A DNA stretch of 64,000 nucleotides from Candidatus Sericytochromatia bacterium (GTDB taxonomy: Bacteria; Cyanobacteriota; Sericytochromatia; S15B-MN24; JAQBPE01): NCBI GenBank assembly GCA_040400605.1, contig JBBAPZ010000005.1:1-64000 (forward strand), in the 5' to 3' direction. The notes under the pieces are model-generated. The model was given only the letters and a program-made list of their open reading frames with translations. It was not told the origin of the DNA and did not search any database. A program made the translations under genes and the position numbers. Positions 29,977 through 39,445 of the stretch are shown one piece after another; position 1 is the stretch's first letter; every line of letters starts with the position of its first letter.

Positions 29977-31281
29977 GTGACAACATCCGTGTCGGTTTTG
30001 AATGAAACTGAGGGTCGTGCCGAGGTCCTCGTTGTCGGCGCAGGACTTGCGGGTTTGGTTGCGGCGCGTGAATTGCAGGCGGCTGGTTACACGGTCAGGC
30101 TCATTGAGAAAACCTCACGTGTGGGTGGGCGCGTCGGCAGTTTCAGGCATCCAGAGGGTTTTACGCTAGATGATGGGTTTCAGGTGTTGTTTGATGCGTA
30201 CCCGAGCGTCGGGCAGTGCCTGAATTTTCAGGAATTGGACCTTCAGCCCTTTGATGCCGGTGCGATGGTGTATCATCGGGGTGCTTGGCATACGGTGGCA
30301 GCACCTTGGCGCCATCCATTGGACTTGCCGGGTGCGTGGTTGAGCGGTATTTTCGCCTGGTATGACGGTATGGCGCTTGCGCGTGTCAGTGCGGATGCTT
30401 TGGCGCTCACAGGCGCCGCAAGTCTGGAATCGGCGCGTCAGATGCGTACGGATGCTTATCTTGCGGAAATGGGGTTGTCTGAAACGCTGATGAACCGATT
30501 CGTTCGGCCGTTCTTCGCCGGGATTGCATTGGGCCGCGAACTCGATTTGGTGGCATCGCAATTTCTTTTTTATTGGCGCATGCTGCTTTGGGGACGGGCT
30601 GTTGTGCCGGCTTCTGGAATGCAAGCCATCCCTGACCGGTTACTTGCTGGATTGCCGCCCCAGTCATTGACCTTGGGGCAGGATGTACAGGAACTCCTGT
30701 TTGCGGATGGACGGGTGTGTGGGGTGCGTACGCAAGAAGGCCGCGAATGGCTCGCCAATCGTGTGGTGTTGGCCACGCCGCATCCCCAGACAGCCCAGTT
30801 GTTGCGCAAACCGATGCGTTTGCGTCCGAAGCGTGCCTTGACGCTCTATTTTGCGGCGGAATCGGTACCCACCCAGCGTCCCATCATTTATCTGTCGCCG
30901 GATGCGACGTCGCCGATCGGCACCATGACAATCGTCTCCAATGCGGCACCGGCCTATGCCCCAATGGGGCAGCACCTGGTTGCGCTTCAGGTGCTGCCTG
31001 GCCCCAACGGTGAATCCGGATTGGAGCCTGATGCGGCGCTTGCAATCCTTGCTGGCTGGTTTCCCGGCCTCGCAGTTAAGGGTTGGCGCTTTTTGCATGC
31101 CAGTGAGCAGGTGTTCGCGCAGTTTGCCCAAGACCCCGCCACGGTGCTGGATGACCCGTGGGTCACGGACGGCTTGTTTTTGGCGAGTGAGACGTTGGTA
31201 CATTCGAGCATTGAAGGGGCGATGCAAGGTGGCCAGATGGCGGCACGCGCCGTGATTGATGAGGATTGTTTGCGCAGATGA
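29977..31281 (+). CDS. FAD-dependent oxidoreductase (amine oxidase/phytoene dehydrogenase-like)
   Basis: GAGLAG, VGGR, LD.GFQV, SSIEGAM..G; likely GTG start after AAAGGA. Confidence 0.88.
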   Translation: MTTSVSVLNETEGRAEVLVVGAGLAGLVAARELQAAGYTVRLIEKTSRVGGRVGSFRHPEGFTLDDGFQVLFDAYPSVGQCLNFQELDLQPFDAGAMVYHRGAWHTVAAPWRHPLDLPGAWLSGIFAWYDGMALARVSADALALTGAASLESARQMRTDAYLAEMGLSETLMNRFVRPFFAGIALGRELDLVASQFLFYWRMLLWGRAVVPASGMQAIPDRLLAGLPPQSLTLGQDVQELLFADGRVCGVRTQEGREWLANRVVLATPHPQTAQLLRKPMRLRPKRALTLYFAAESVPTQRPIIYLSPDATSPIGTMTIVSNAAPAYAPMGQHLVALQVLPGPNGESGLEPDAALAILAGWFPGLAVKGWRFLHASEQVFAQFAQDPATVLDDPWVTDGLFLASETLVHSSIEGAMQGGQMAARAVIDEDCLRR

Positions 31282-31901
31282 AGCTTTGGTTTGCGGGGTT
31301 GATCACGCTCTTGTTATGTTTGTTCGGGTCCCTTCCTGCGTCTGCGCGGGTGACCGAGACAGCCGTGTTGGGCGGCGGTTGCTTCTGGTGTCTGGAAGCT
31401 GCGCTTGAGGTGGTGGACGGTGTCACGGATGTGGTGAGCGGGTATGCTGGTGGTCACGTCATCAACCCGAGTTACGAAGCCGTGTGTACAGGGCGGACGG
31501 GTCACGCCGAGGTGGTACGGGTACGTTTTGACTCCCAACGTCTGTCGTTTGCCGAATTGTTGAATGTTTTTTTTGAATTGCACGATCCCACCACACCCAA
31601 CCGACAAGGACCTGACATCGGCACACAATACCGTTCGGTCATTTTTACGCAGGATGCTCATCAAGCCTTTACCGCACGCGCGGTTTTGCGGAATCTGCAG
31701 GGTCGATGGGGCGCTGATCGGCCAATCTCCACGCAAGTGCAACCCCTGTCGGCGTTTTACGTGGCTGAGGCGTATCATCAGGATTATTTTCGGCAAAACC
31801 CCGATGCACCGTATTGTCAACGCGTCGTCGCACCCAAAGTGAAACGTGCCCGCGACCTGCAGCGCGGACACGTTCAGCGCTTGTCAGGCAAGCACCAATA
31901 G
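31278..31901 (+). CDS. msrA: Peptide methionine sulfoxide reductase MsrA with a signal peptide
   Basis: GGCFWC, GHAE, HDPT, QYRS, AEAYHQDY; N-terminal Sec-type signal. Confidence 0.96.
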   Translation: MKLWFAGLITLLLCLFGSLPASARVTETAVLGGGCFWCLEAALEVVDGVTDVVSGYAGGHVINPSYEAVCTGRTGHAEVVRVRFDSQRLSFAELLNVFFELHDPTTPNRQGPDIGTQYRSVIFTQDAHQAFTARAVLRNLQGRWGADRPISTQVQPLSAFYVAEAYHQDYFRQNPDAPYCQRVVAPKVKRARDLQRGHVQRLSGKHQ

Positions 31902-31920
31902 GGAGTGCGATCAAACCCGT

Positions 31921-32442
31921 TTATTTACGCAGGTAATGTACCTCGTAACGCAGTGGCTGTGGCAATTTGGAACTGGTCACGACAACTCCCATGGTCATGC
32001 CTTTACCGTTTGAATCCAGCGTGAAGGTGTTGACGCGCTTGCCATCTTCAGCAAGGAAACTCTCTTCGAGGCGCTGCGGACTTGCCAGCTTGAAGCTGAC
32101 TTTCATCGCTTCGCGGTCCTCAGGGCGCACCCAAGGCGTGGGTGTGCCGTTGTCAGGCGCAACAATCGGCTCACGTTCATCCGTTTTCAAGGACACCTTG
32201 CCGGACGGGAATGCGATCGTGATTACCTGATAGGGTTTGTTGGTGGCCAACAAACGCCCGCGCGCGACAAACTTGATAAAAGGGTTCATCTCGGAAATGG
32301 CGGTGTCAACCGCTTTTTCAATGTCATCTGACTTGTCGAAGTTAAAAACGCCTTCAAGTGATTTGCTTTGCGCCTGTGCCTGGGTGACGGGCCAAGCCAA
32401 GACGGCCAAGGTCAGTAACAAATTGGCAAGTTTTCTGGTCAC
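31921..32442 (-). CDS. Hypothetical secreted protein
   Basis: Signal peptide ending AQA; GAGGAG RBS. Confidence 0.75.
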   Translation of the reverse strand: MTRKLANLLLTLAVLAWPVTQAQAQSKSLEGVFNFDKSDDIEKAVDTAISEMNPFIKFVARGRLLATNKPYQVITIAFPSGKVSLKTDEREPIVAPDNGTPTPWVRPEDREAMKVSFKLASPQRLEESFLAEDGKRVNTFTLDSNGKGMTMGVVVTSSKLPQPLRYEVHYLRK

Positions 32443-32603
32443 AATGGACTCCTCATTTGGGCAAATAGTGGGATGACGACAGCGATGGAAAACCGCTCAC
32501 CCTCGCTGGCTCGGTCATCTTAACATGACTGAAGGCGCTTGCCAGAGGCATTGCAGTTCGGTTACATGATGCTGTTGGGAAAAGTGTCGGGTGCGGGAGT
32601 GAC

Positions 32604-33776
32604 GTGAACGACAGCAGCGAACGTCTTTATCGAAAACAATTGATTTCAGCCAGTATGGTTGCGGCACACCAACGGGGAGCCTGGCTGGGGGTCGATCTGG
32701 TTGCGCTTGCGGAGAACCTCCGCACACTGAAGCGTGCCTTGCGTGACGGCTGTCAGCTCATGGCGGTCGTTAAAGCCGATGCCTATGGACACGGTTCTGT
32801 TGCGATCGCCCAGGCAGCCTTGAACGGGGGCGCGACCCAACTTGGTGTCGCTACCGTTGAAGAGGGTATGCGTCTGCGGCGCAGTGGCGTCACGGCACCC
32901 ACACTGGTGTTGGGCCTCATTGCCGATGCCGCGGTCCCGGCCGCCATTGATGCCGGCTTGCAACTCACGCTGAGTTCGGGACGTCAGGTGCAACTGGTCG
33001 ATGCGATCGCCCGAGGTGCCGGCCGGGTCGTGGATGTCCACATTAAAGTCAACACAGGCATGACCCGCGTTGGCTGTGAACTCCATGAGGCGGTTGGATT
33101 GACTGATTATGTCCAGTCGGTTTCCGGCCTGAAACTGGTTGGTGTGAGCTCCCATTTCGCGACTGCCGAGGCGCCGGTTGCGTCGGATGCGCAACAGCAA
33201 TTGCAGCGCTTCAAGTCGTTAACCGACCGGCTGCTGTTGGTTCATCGCGGCATTGTGCGGCACATCGCCAACAGTGCCGGGATGATTTACCTTCCGGAAT
33301 CCCATCTGGATATGTGTCGAATCGGACTGGCGATGTATGGGCATTCGCCTCGTGGTGAGGAACCAACACCCTTGCGCTTAACGCCTGTGATTTCGTTGCG
33401 GGCCCGCGTGGCGCAAGTTAAGGATGTCCCAGCAGGCGCAACGGTGGGGTATGGTGGCACATGGGTGGCGCCGCGTGCGACGCGCCTCGCCTTGTTGCCG
33501 GTGGGTTACGCGGATGGGTTGCCGCGTTCTTTGTCGAATAAGGGCCACGTGTTGGTTCGGGGGCAGCTTTGTCCGATTGTGGGTCGGGTGTCAATGGACC
33601 AAACGGTGGTGGATGTGGGGGATGGTCCGACCATGCCGGGTGAAGAGGTCCTGGTTCTGGGTGGGCAATCGCAAACTGCGGTTTCGGTTGAGCGATGGGC
33701 AGCGCTCGACGGCACGATCAATTATGAGATTCTGTGTGGTTTGGGACAACGTTTGCCCAAGGTTTACTACCGTTGA
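32604..33776 (+). CDS. alr: Alanine racemase
   Basis: AVVKADAYGHG, HIKVNTGM.R.G, GYADG, GRVSMDQ, TINYE. Confidence 0.97.
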   Translation: MNDSSERLYRKQLISASMVAAHQRGAWLGVDLVALAENLRTLKRALRDGCQLMAVVKADAYGHGSVAIAQAALNGGATQLGVATVEEGMRLRRSGVTAPTLVLGLIADAAVPAAIDAGLQLTLSSGRQVQLVDAIARGAGRVVDVHIKVNTGMTRVGCELHEAVGLTDYVQSVSGLKLVGVSSHFATAEAPVASDAQQQLQRFKSLTDRLLLVHRGIVRHIANSAGMIYLPESHLDMCRIGLAMYGHSPRGEEPTPLRLTPVISLRARVAQVKDVPAGATVGYGGTWVAPRATRLALLPVGYADGLPRSLSNKGHVLVRGQLCPIVGRVSMDQTVVDVGDGPTMPGEEVLVLGGQSQTAVSVERWAALDGTINYEILCGLGQRLPKVYYR

Positions 33777-33809
33777 TCGTCAGGTTTGCCTTCCGCTGTT
33801 CCTTCGTCA

Positions 33810-33838
33810 TTGACGCGCATGGTCAATCCATCTAAAAT
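33810..33838 (+). promoter_or_regulatory. Sigma70-type promoter of the cytochrome pair
   Basis: TTGACG-N17-TAAAAT. Confidence 0.75.
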
Positions 33839-33919
33839 TCAGGTGCCAAGCGTGACGACCTTGGGCCAAACGTCGTTAGGTACCTTGTTTCATCGCCGTC
33901 AAAAAAAGGAGTGAGCCCA

Positions 33920-34609
33920 ATGGTGGCAAGAGTCTTTGAGTGGCTGGATAAGCGGGTTGGTGTTCGAGAAATCGACGCTGTGCTTATCTCGCGGAATGTG
34001 CCGAAAACAGACTGGTGGTATACCTTGGGCTTTGCGGCCCTGTTTACCTTTGTGCTGATGGCGACTTCCGGTATGTTCCTGGCTGTGTATTACGCGCCGA
34101 CGCCTGATCACGCATACGACAGCGTCAAGTATTTGACCGAGGAAGTCGCGTTTGGTCGATGGGTGCGAGGTATCCATCACTACGGCGCCAGTGTGATGGT
34201 CGTGTTGGTCGTCATGCACATGTTGCAAGTGTTCTTCTACGGTGCTTACAAGTACCCGCGCGAATTGACCTGGATGACAGGGGTTGTCTTGCTTGGATTG
34301 GTGCTGGGTTTGGGTTTCACGGGGTATTTGTTGCCGTGGGATCAAAAAGCGTACTGGGCGACTGAGGTTGGCACCAAGATTCCTGAAACACTGCCTGTCT
34401 TCGGTGAGATGAGCAAGGTCATCATGCGTGGCGGGCAAACGCTTGGCGCTTTGACTTTGACTCGATTTTACGCGATTCACATGTTGATGATTCCGGCGCT
34501 TATGATGGTATTTTTGGGTATTCACCTGTATCTCGTTGTCAAAATCGGCATCACGCCGTTACCCGCTGAATTGGATGCTGCTTACGATCGCGTGAAGGAG
34601 GGCAAATAG
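33920..34609 (+). CDS. petB: Cytochrome b6-like subunit of a cytochrome bc complex (PetB/QcrB)
   Basis: Four heme His, GYLLPWDQ, YKYPRELTW; 14 residues between the helix-D histidines. Confidence 0.9.
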   Translation: MVARVFEWLDKRVGVREIDAVLISRNVPKTDWWYTLGFAALFTFVLMATSGMFLAVYYAPTPDHAYDSVKYLTEEVAFGRWVRGIHHYGASVMVVLVVMHMLQVFFYGAYKYPRELTWMTGVVLLGLVLGLGFTGYLLPWDQKAYWATEVGTKIPETLPVFGEMSKVIMRGGQTLGALTLTRFYAIHMLMIPALMMVFLGIHLYLVVKIGITPLPAELDAAYDRVKEGK

Positions 34610-34611
34610 TT

Positions 34612-35355
34612 ATGAGCCTGATCGACGATCCGATCGAAAAACAGGTATATGACGTCGAATACAAGAAAATGAAGGAGAAAGGCAAACCCTTTCACCCCTT
34701 CACAACCTGGAAAGACATTGTTGTTGCGCTTGGCGTGCTGGTGTTGTTAATCACCTTGACTGCCACGCTTGGCGTTCATCTTGATGCACCTGCCGATCCG
34801 ACTTCCGAGTACTTGCCACGGCCTGAGTGGTACTTCATGTTTCTGTTTCAACTCCTCAAAATGTTTCCACCCTGGGCCATCATCGTGCCTGCGGCCATCA
34901 TACCTGGCCTTGCTGGTGCCGCTTTGTTGTTGTTGCCTTTTTATGACATAAACCCTTATCGGCAATGGCACAAGCGCAAACTGGCCGTCACGGTGATGGG
35001 CTTGGGTGTGTTTGCGGTGGTTTTCCTGACTGGTCAGGCATACTGGGATGATGCGCACGATCCTCATGCGCAGGCGCTTCTCAAAGGTGGTGGCGAGACG
35101 CATCAGACTGCCGCAGCTCCCAAGACTGAAGGAGCAGATGGTGAAAAAATCTTCGCAGCCAACTGTGTGATGTGTCATGGCGCCTCTGGTTCGCAGATCC
35201 CCAACGTTGCACTGCTTAGCAAGTCATTTATCGCAAACCGTGACGTGGTCGCAGTGTTGAACAATGGCAAGGGCGGCATGCCCTCGTTCAAAGGTCGGTT
35301 GTCTGATGATGAAATGCAATCTGTTTCCAAGTGGTTGAAAGCGACTGCCAAGTAG
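34612..35355 (+). CDS. Subunit IV (PetD-like) fused to a C-terminal cytochrome c (QcrC-like)
   Basis: ADP...PRPEWY, three TM helices, CVMCH, GGMPSF. Confidence 0.9.
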   Translation: MSLIDDPIEKQVYDVEYKKMKEKGKPFHPFTTWKDIVVALGVLVLLITLTATLGVHLDAPADPTSEYLPRPEWYFMFLFQLLKMFPPWAIIVPAAIIPGLAGAALLLLPFYDINPYRQWHKRKLAVTVMGLGVFAVVFLTGQAYWDDAHDPHAQALLKGGGETHQTAAAPKTEGADGEKIFAANCVMCHGASGSQIPNVALLSKSFIANRDVVAVLNNGKGGMPSFKGRLSDDEMQSVSKWLKATAK

Positions 35356-35386
35356 TTAATCGCGAAAACCGATCAAAACTCCGAAT

Positions 35387-35419
35387 GAAGGGCCCCCGCA
35401 TGTCGCTGGGGCCTCTTTA
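35387..35419 (+). terminator. Probable terminator after the cytochrome pair
   Basis: Imperfect stem gaagggcccc.gc...gc.ggggcctcttt. Confidence 0.55.
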
Positions 35420-35490
35420 AGTAAGTGCGCACGGCATGGGCACGAACCGCGCCATCTAGGTTGCCTTGATGCAAGTTATGTTGATACAAG

Positions 35491-35590
35491 TTATACGGAA
35501 GCACGTTGCTTGTTGATTAAACGTTGGCTGTTATTCAACAACAACGAGTCAGTGCCTGATGTTTTGACGTTGCCAACTACGTTGTAAACA
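35491..35590 (+). repeat. Degenerate ~100-bp intergenic repeat copy
   Basis: 68/100 ungapped identity to 28821-28920, including an identical ACAACGAGTCA. Confidence 0.75.
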
Positions 35591-35670
35591 TAACTCACAC
35601 GTCACCGCCTGGGCGGCCATAACGCCTTCAAAGGCACGTCTATCGCTTGCAAGGCAGGATGACCGCTGGT

Positions 35671-36081
35671 TTAAACCACGCCGATGCTGACTTCCTGATT
35701 TTCTTCCGCGTATTCCACGTCACCTGACGCCATCATCGCGCGAATCGTCTCAGCGACCGATTGACCAACAGACACTTCCTCGACCCACACGTCTAGCCCC
35801 TCGATCCGACCCACATTGCGGGTTCCGAACCTGGCCCGAAATTGCTCAATCTGCGCCGCCTGCATACGTGGTTTGAATTTGACCAGGATTTGACGCCGAT
35901 AACTGGGCGATGTGATGGGCATTTTTGATGCATTGTCAGGCGTCGCCGCGCCAACGCGATTCGTTCCCGCTGCCTCAGCCACCACGGGCGAGCTGGTACG
36001 TCCCTGAACCTGACAGCCGGCCAGGGCGACGTATCCCACGAGAGCCGCGATACCACAACACGTTGTCAATCGGTGCTTCAT
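35671..36081 (-). CDS. Lipoprotein consisting of a subtilase propeptide-like domain
   Basis: Lipobox LAGC; ILVKFK...VEYAEEN resembles the prodomain of 59582-60802. Confidence 0.75.
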   Translation of the reverse strand: MKHRLTTCCGIAALVGYVALAGCQVQGRTSSPVVAEAAGTNRVGAATPDNASKMPITSPSYRRQILVKFKPRMQAAQIEQFRARFGTRNVGRIEGLDVWVEEVSVGQSVAETIRAMMASGDVEYAEENQEVSIGVV

Positions 36082-36125
36082 TGCCGTGTCCTTCCTGGTT
36101 TTCCAAAAGACTGCCTGACTGAATT

Positions 36126-36140
36126 TTAAATTTATGTTAA
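36126..36140. promoter_or_regulatory. TTAA-N7-TTAA box within inverted repeat aattttaa/ttaaaatt
   Basis: Directly visible between divergent genes. Confidence 0.5.
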
Positions 36141-36185
36141 AATTATCCTCCAGCGTGGTGTTTTGTCAACAGGGTGAGGCGAGCG

Positions 36186-36934
36186 TGTTGCGAACCGGTG
36201 TTGTTGGGGTTTGTTGTGTCGTGGGCCTTTTGGCTTGTGGGCGCGTGCCTGATGCGCGATCCGTGATCGGTACCGGCGTTTCGGCTTTGACGAATTACGC
36301 GTTGGCGGATTTGTATCCTTTGCGGTCCAAGATGCGTGCGACGTACGCGCTGGAGCAGACCCGTTCGGATGGGCGGGTGGTGTATCGCACGATGTTGATG
36401 GATGTCGTTGATGTGGTGCGAGAGGCGTCGGGGGATACATTGGCGACGACGGTGCGAACCTATGGTGATTTTCGTTTACCGGCCACACGTGTTCGGGTGT
36501 CCAATGGCACGGTTCGCGTCAGTCGTGCCCAGGATCCGGAACCGGGGCCATCTTTGGTGCTGTTGCAGTCACCGTTGGTCGTTGGTCGCACGTGGCAGGG
36601 ACGTCAGTTTGCCGATGGCAGTACCGAGTCGGTTCAATATATGGGAGTGGAACGTGTTGATGGGCCTGAGGGGGTAGTCAGGGCGCATCGTGTTGATCAC
36701 CTGATCGATTATGCCCAAGGTGGCTCGGATCGCCTGGAGTACTGGTACGCGCCCGGATGGGGGGCGGTGCGGATGGTCGAGCGTACGACCTTATTCACCA
36801 ATAAGGGCCGCATTCATTTGACGGTCGTTGGCGTTCTCAATGGTTTGACGACCCACGACGGGAGCCGCAAGGCGCAACCCGTGGCACATCCGTCGCCATC
36901 GTGGTTGCCTGGTGGCTGGTTTACCGACCGTTGA
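36186..36934 (+). CDS. Hypothetical lipoprotein
   Basis: LLAC lipobox; beta-rich with YWYAPGWG.VR motif; start uncertain. Confidence 0.7.
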
Positions 36935-36947
36935 CAGGGTAATTTGC

Positions 36948-37490
36948 ATGGATGATGTCCTCCAATCCGATTGGCGCACGGTGGTTGAAACCCGTGTGGC
37001 GGGTATCAGCTTTGAGAACCGCGATGGCTCATCGCGGCAAGCGTTGGCTGCAGCGGTTGCCGTGGGCACGCGTTTGGTTATGTGCCGGGAGCCCCTTAAT
37101 CCTTTTGATGAGTGGGCGATCGCATTGGTGGTGTCAACGCCTGAACTGTCGGGCCAATTGGGTTATGTTCCAAAGGCTTTTGCCGCTGTGCTGGCGCCCC
37201 TGATGGATCAAGGGACTCCGTTTGAAGCTTGTGTCTTAAGAAAAGGCCGGGTGCGTCGTTACGACAGCCTGCCTTCCACCCGACGTCGACCGTTTGAGAT
37301 TATCGGGGTGCGGATGGCGATTTTGAGTACGGCAACGGGGTTACCGTTCACCGTTTATTCGGGGATGGAGCCAGCATTGCGTGATGCGATCGCAAACGAC
37401 GACCCCGAAGGTGATCCAGGCGATGCACCCGTGCTCGGAGGATGGCGCGCCATGGACGAATTGAGTCACGAATGCCCCAAGCCGTTATAA
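36948..37490 (+). CDS. HIRAN domain protein
   Basis: VAGISF...REPLNPFDEWAI...LGYVPK..A..LAPLMD. Confidence 0.88.
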   Translation: MDDVLQSDWRTVVETRVAGISFENRDGSSRQALAAAVAVGTRLVMCREPLNPFDEWAIALVVSTPELSGQLGYVPKAFAAVLAPLMDQGTPFEACVLRKGRVRRYDSLPSTRRRPFEIIGVRMAILSTATGLPFTVYSGMEPALRDAIANDDPEGDPGDAPVLGGWRAMDELSHECPKPL

Positions 37491-37930
37491 CCATTGGGAT
37501 TCCGGCCAGTGGCAAGTCGACGTATGCCGAGGCGTTAGAGCGGCAGGGCTTTCAAAACATCAATTTGGATGATTGCCGGGCACTTGTAAACGGTGATCCA
37601 GCTGATCAGACAGTCACCGATTTGGCGTTAAAAATCCACCGTCAACGCCTACGCGATGCCCTTGCTGCTGGGGCTTTGATTGTGATCAGTGATACCAATC
37701 TACAGATACCATTTTTAACGGAAAAATTGACCTTGTTCAAAGACAATGGGTATCACGTGACAGCCGCGATATTTATGACACCCCTCGCTGTGTGTGAAAA
37801 ACGGAATCAACAGCGAGGCAGACGCGTTCCCCAAACGGTCTTGTGTGACATGCATGCCCAGTTGCTGCGCTTGCTGTCCGGTATCGAAGGGCTCGGGTTC
37901 GATGATGTTCAGTATTTCTCCGGTGAGTAA
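37472..37930 (+). CDS. AAA_33-type P-loop kinase (polynucleotide kinase-like)
   Basis: GIPASGKST, D..R, DTN, C..RN..R...VP. Confidence 0.85.
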   Translation: MPQAVITIGIPASGKSTYAEALERQGFQNINLDDCRALVNGDPADQTVTDLALKIHRQRLRDALAAGALIVISDTNLQIPFLTEKLTLFKDNGYHVTAAIFMTPLAVCEKRNQQRGRRVPQTVLCDMHAQLLRLLSGIEGLGFDDVQYFSGE

Positions 37931-38008
37931 ACATGGCTGCGCCCGGGTCTCACGAAAGCGTTTTGATGGCGTCTGCTGGCCTGTGCGGCTAGTTGGGAGA
38001 CCGTTCGG

Positions 38009-38404
38009 TCATTGCCAGCGTCGCACCGTCAGTTTGATGCCTTGGTCGGGTGTGGCCGTTTCGTTTACCACGTGAAATCCCTGCCGTTGCACTTCGTGTA
38101 GCACTTTGTGATAAGCATAGCGTTGGGTAACAGTTTTGATAAAATCAGCTTGCCGCCACGGTGAGTGTCGTTCAACGCCCCACCAGTCGGCAACAATAGC
38201 AAATGCCGTGTCCCCCGATTTTCGAACGAATCCGATATCGTAGTCGCCTCCGGGCTGGGCTACGAGCTCGGCCCGCGTTGTTTGGCCGCGATATCCTCGC
38301 ACCACCGCGTCACGCGCGTGGGGTAGTTTCAACGATTCAAGGGCTGCCTCCAATGCCTGCTGATCTTTAATCTGTGTTTCAATACGGGTAAAGTGTGACA
38401 TCAC
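38009..38404 (-). CDS. DUF1257 / Ycf35 family protein
   Basis: MSHFT.I.T, VRGYRG, DIGF, QRYAY, VRRW. Confidence 0.9.
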   Translation of the reverse strand: MMSHFTRIETQIKDQQALEAALESLKLPHARDAVVRGYRGQTTRAELVAQPGGDYDIGFVRKSGDTAFAIVADWWGVERHSPWRQADFIKTVTQRYAYHKVLHEVQRQGFHVVNETATPDQGIKLTVRRWQ

Positions 38405-39000
38405 AGGTCCTTTTGATGTTGGGTTTTCGAGAAACGCTGCTTTGCGTCCGGTGTGGACTCAAGCGGCATCATCTCAACATCGGGTTCCGGTTGGAGTTGG
38501 TCTTCGTTCAGCAAGGATGGGCTTACAGGCGGTGCAAAAATTGGCATTAAGCTTGCCTGAGGCTTTGGCGTTGATTCGGCGTGATAATGGTCATCTGAGG
38601 ACGCCTTGAGGCTTGCCAAGCTAATGTACAGGTGTTGTGGGTCTTGTTGGATTGCCAGGGTGACGTCAGATTTTTGCGTGCATTCCAAAACGATTCTTAC
38701 CACCGGCGGAAAAATGCCGAATTGCGCCACCCTGACTGAATGGAAGTAAGGGTCCTGATAGCGCCAAGTACCGTTTGCGTGGCGCCAGTGGGCGTCAGGG
38801 ATGTCAATGACGTAGCGGTGTGGCTGGCGCAACTCGCGGCTTGAGATGGCAACCGGTCCGGTGATACGAAACACGATTGCGTGGCGCTCGGCTTCGTAAC
38901 GCAGGTCGCTGATGAGGGTGATTGGTGCGGCGACCGTAGGTGAAGCCCAGGTGATCGCCAGGCCAGCTATCCAGATCTGACTCCGAATGCAACGCGTCAT
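38401..39000 (-). CDS. Secreted AMIN domain protein
   Basis: Signal peptide; L.QPHRYVIDIPDA...VRVAQF...VVRIVLE; ATG 39000 after AGGAG. Confidence 0.8.
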   Translation of the reverse strand: MTRCIRSQIWIAGLAITWASPTVAAPITLISDLRYEAERHAIVFRITGPVAISSRELRQPHRYVIDIPDAHWRHANGTWRYQDPYFHSVRVAQFGIFPPVVRIVLECTQKSDVTLAIQQDPQHLYISLASLKASSDDHYHAESTPKPQASLMPIFAPPVSPSLLNEDQLQPEPDVEMMPLESTPDAKQRFSKTQHQKDL

Positions 39001-39123
39001 AGCGCTCCTATACCCGGAACGTTCCCCGGCGGAACCCAACCATCAATTTCACCGCTCGGACGCTCACCATCAGAACAAGACGCAAGGGTAAGCAGTCCGA
39101 TTTGTGGTATTACGTGCGGCGCG

Positions 39124-39164
39124 GTTACAACGAATAGTTAACGAACAATCAGCCAATCTGATGG
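39124..39164 (-). promoter_or_regulatory. 41-bp conserved element, copy 2, upstream of the AMIN gene
   Basis: Reverse complement is 34/41 identical to 81-121. Confidence 0.7.
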
Positions 39165-39445
39165 TTGGCGGCGGAACCAATGGATTGACAAGTCAAACTA
39201 TCGGCTTCGCCACTTGATGCGCGATGGCTTCGCGTCATGTCGATGAAAATGTGATCAATATAACGGCGCGTTAGCGCATTTGCAGTCTCAGAAAGGGCTG
39301 ATTTTTGACTGTATCGTTGCCAACGTGCTAGCATCGGATTCGATTTGCGCGGAAATTGTTGAATTCGCAGCAGTTTAATAGCTTTGGATTGCGGCGAATG
39401 TTGACATTTTTGATTTCTCGCTCGCGCGAAAGGAGCGTTACGGCC

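Noticed and set aside
38064..38080. parS-like sequence here and near 56902
   Set aside because: About 12/16 match to the parS consensus, poorly palindromic and inside coding regions
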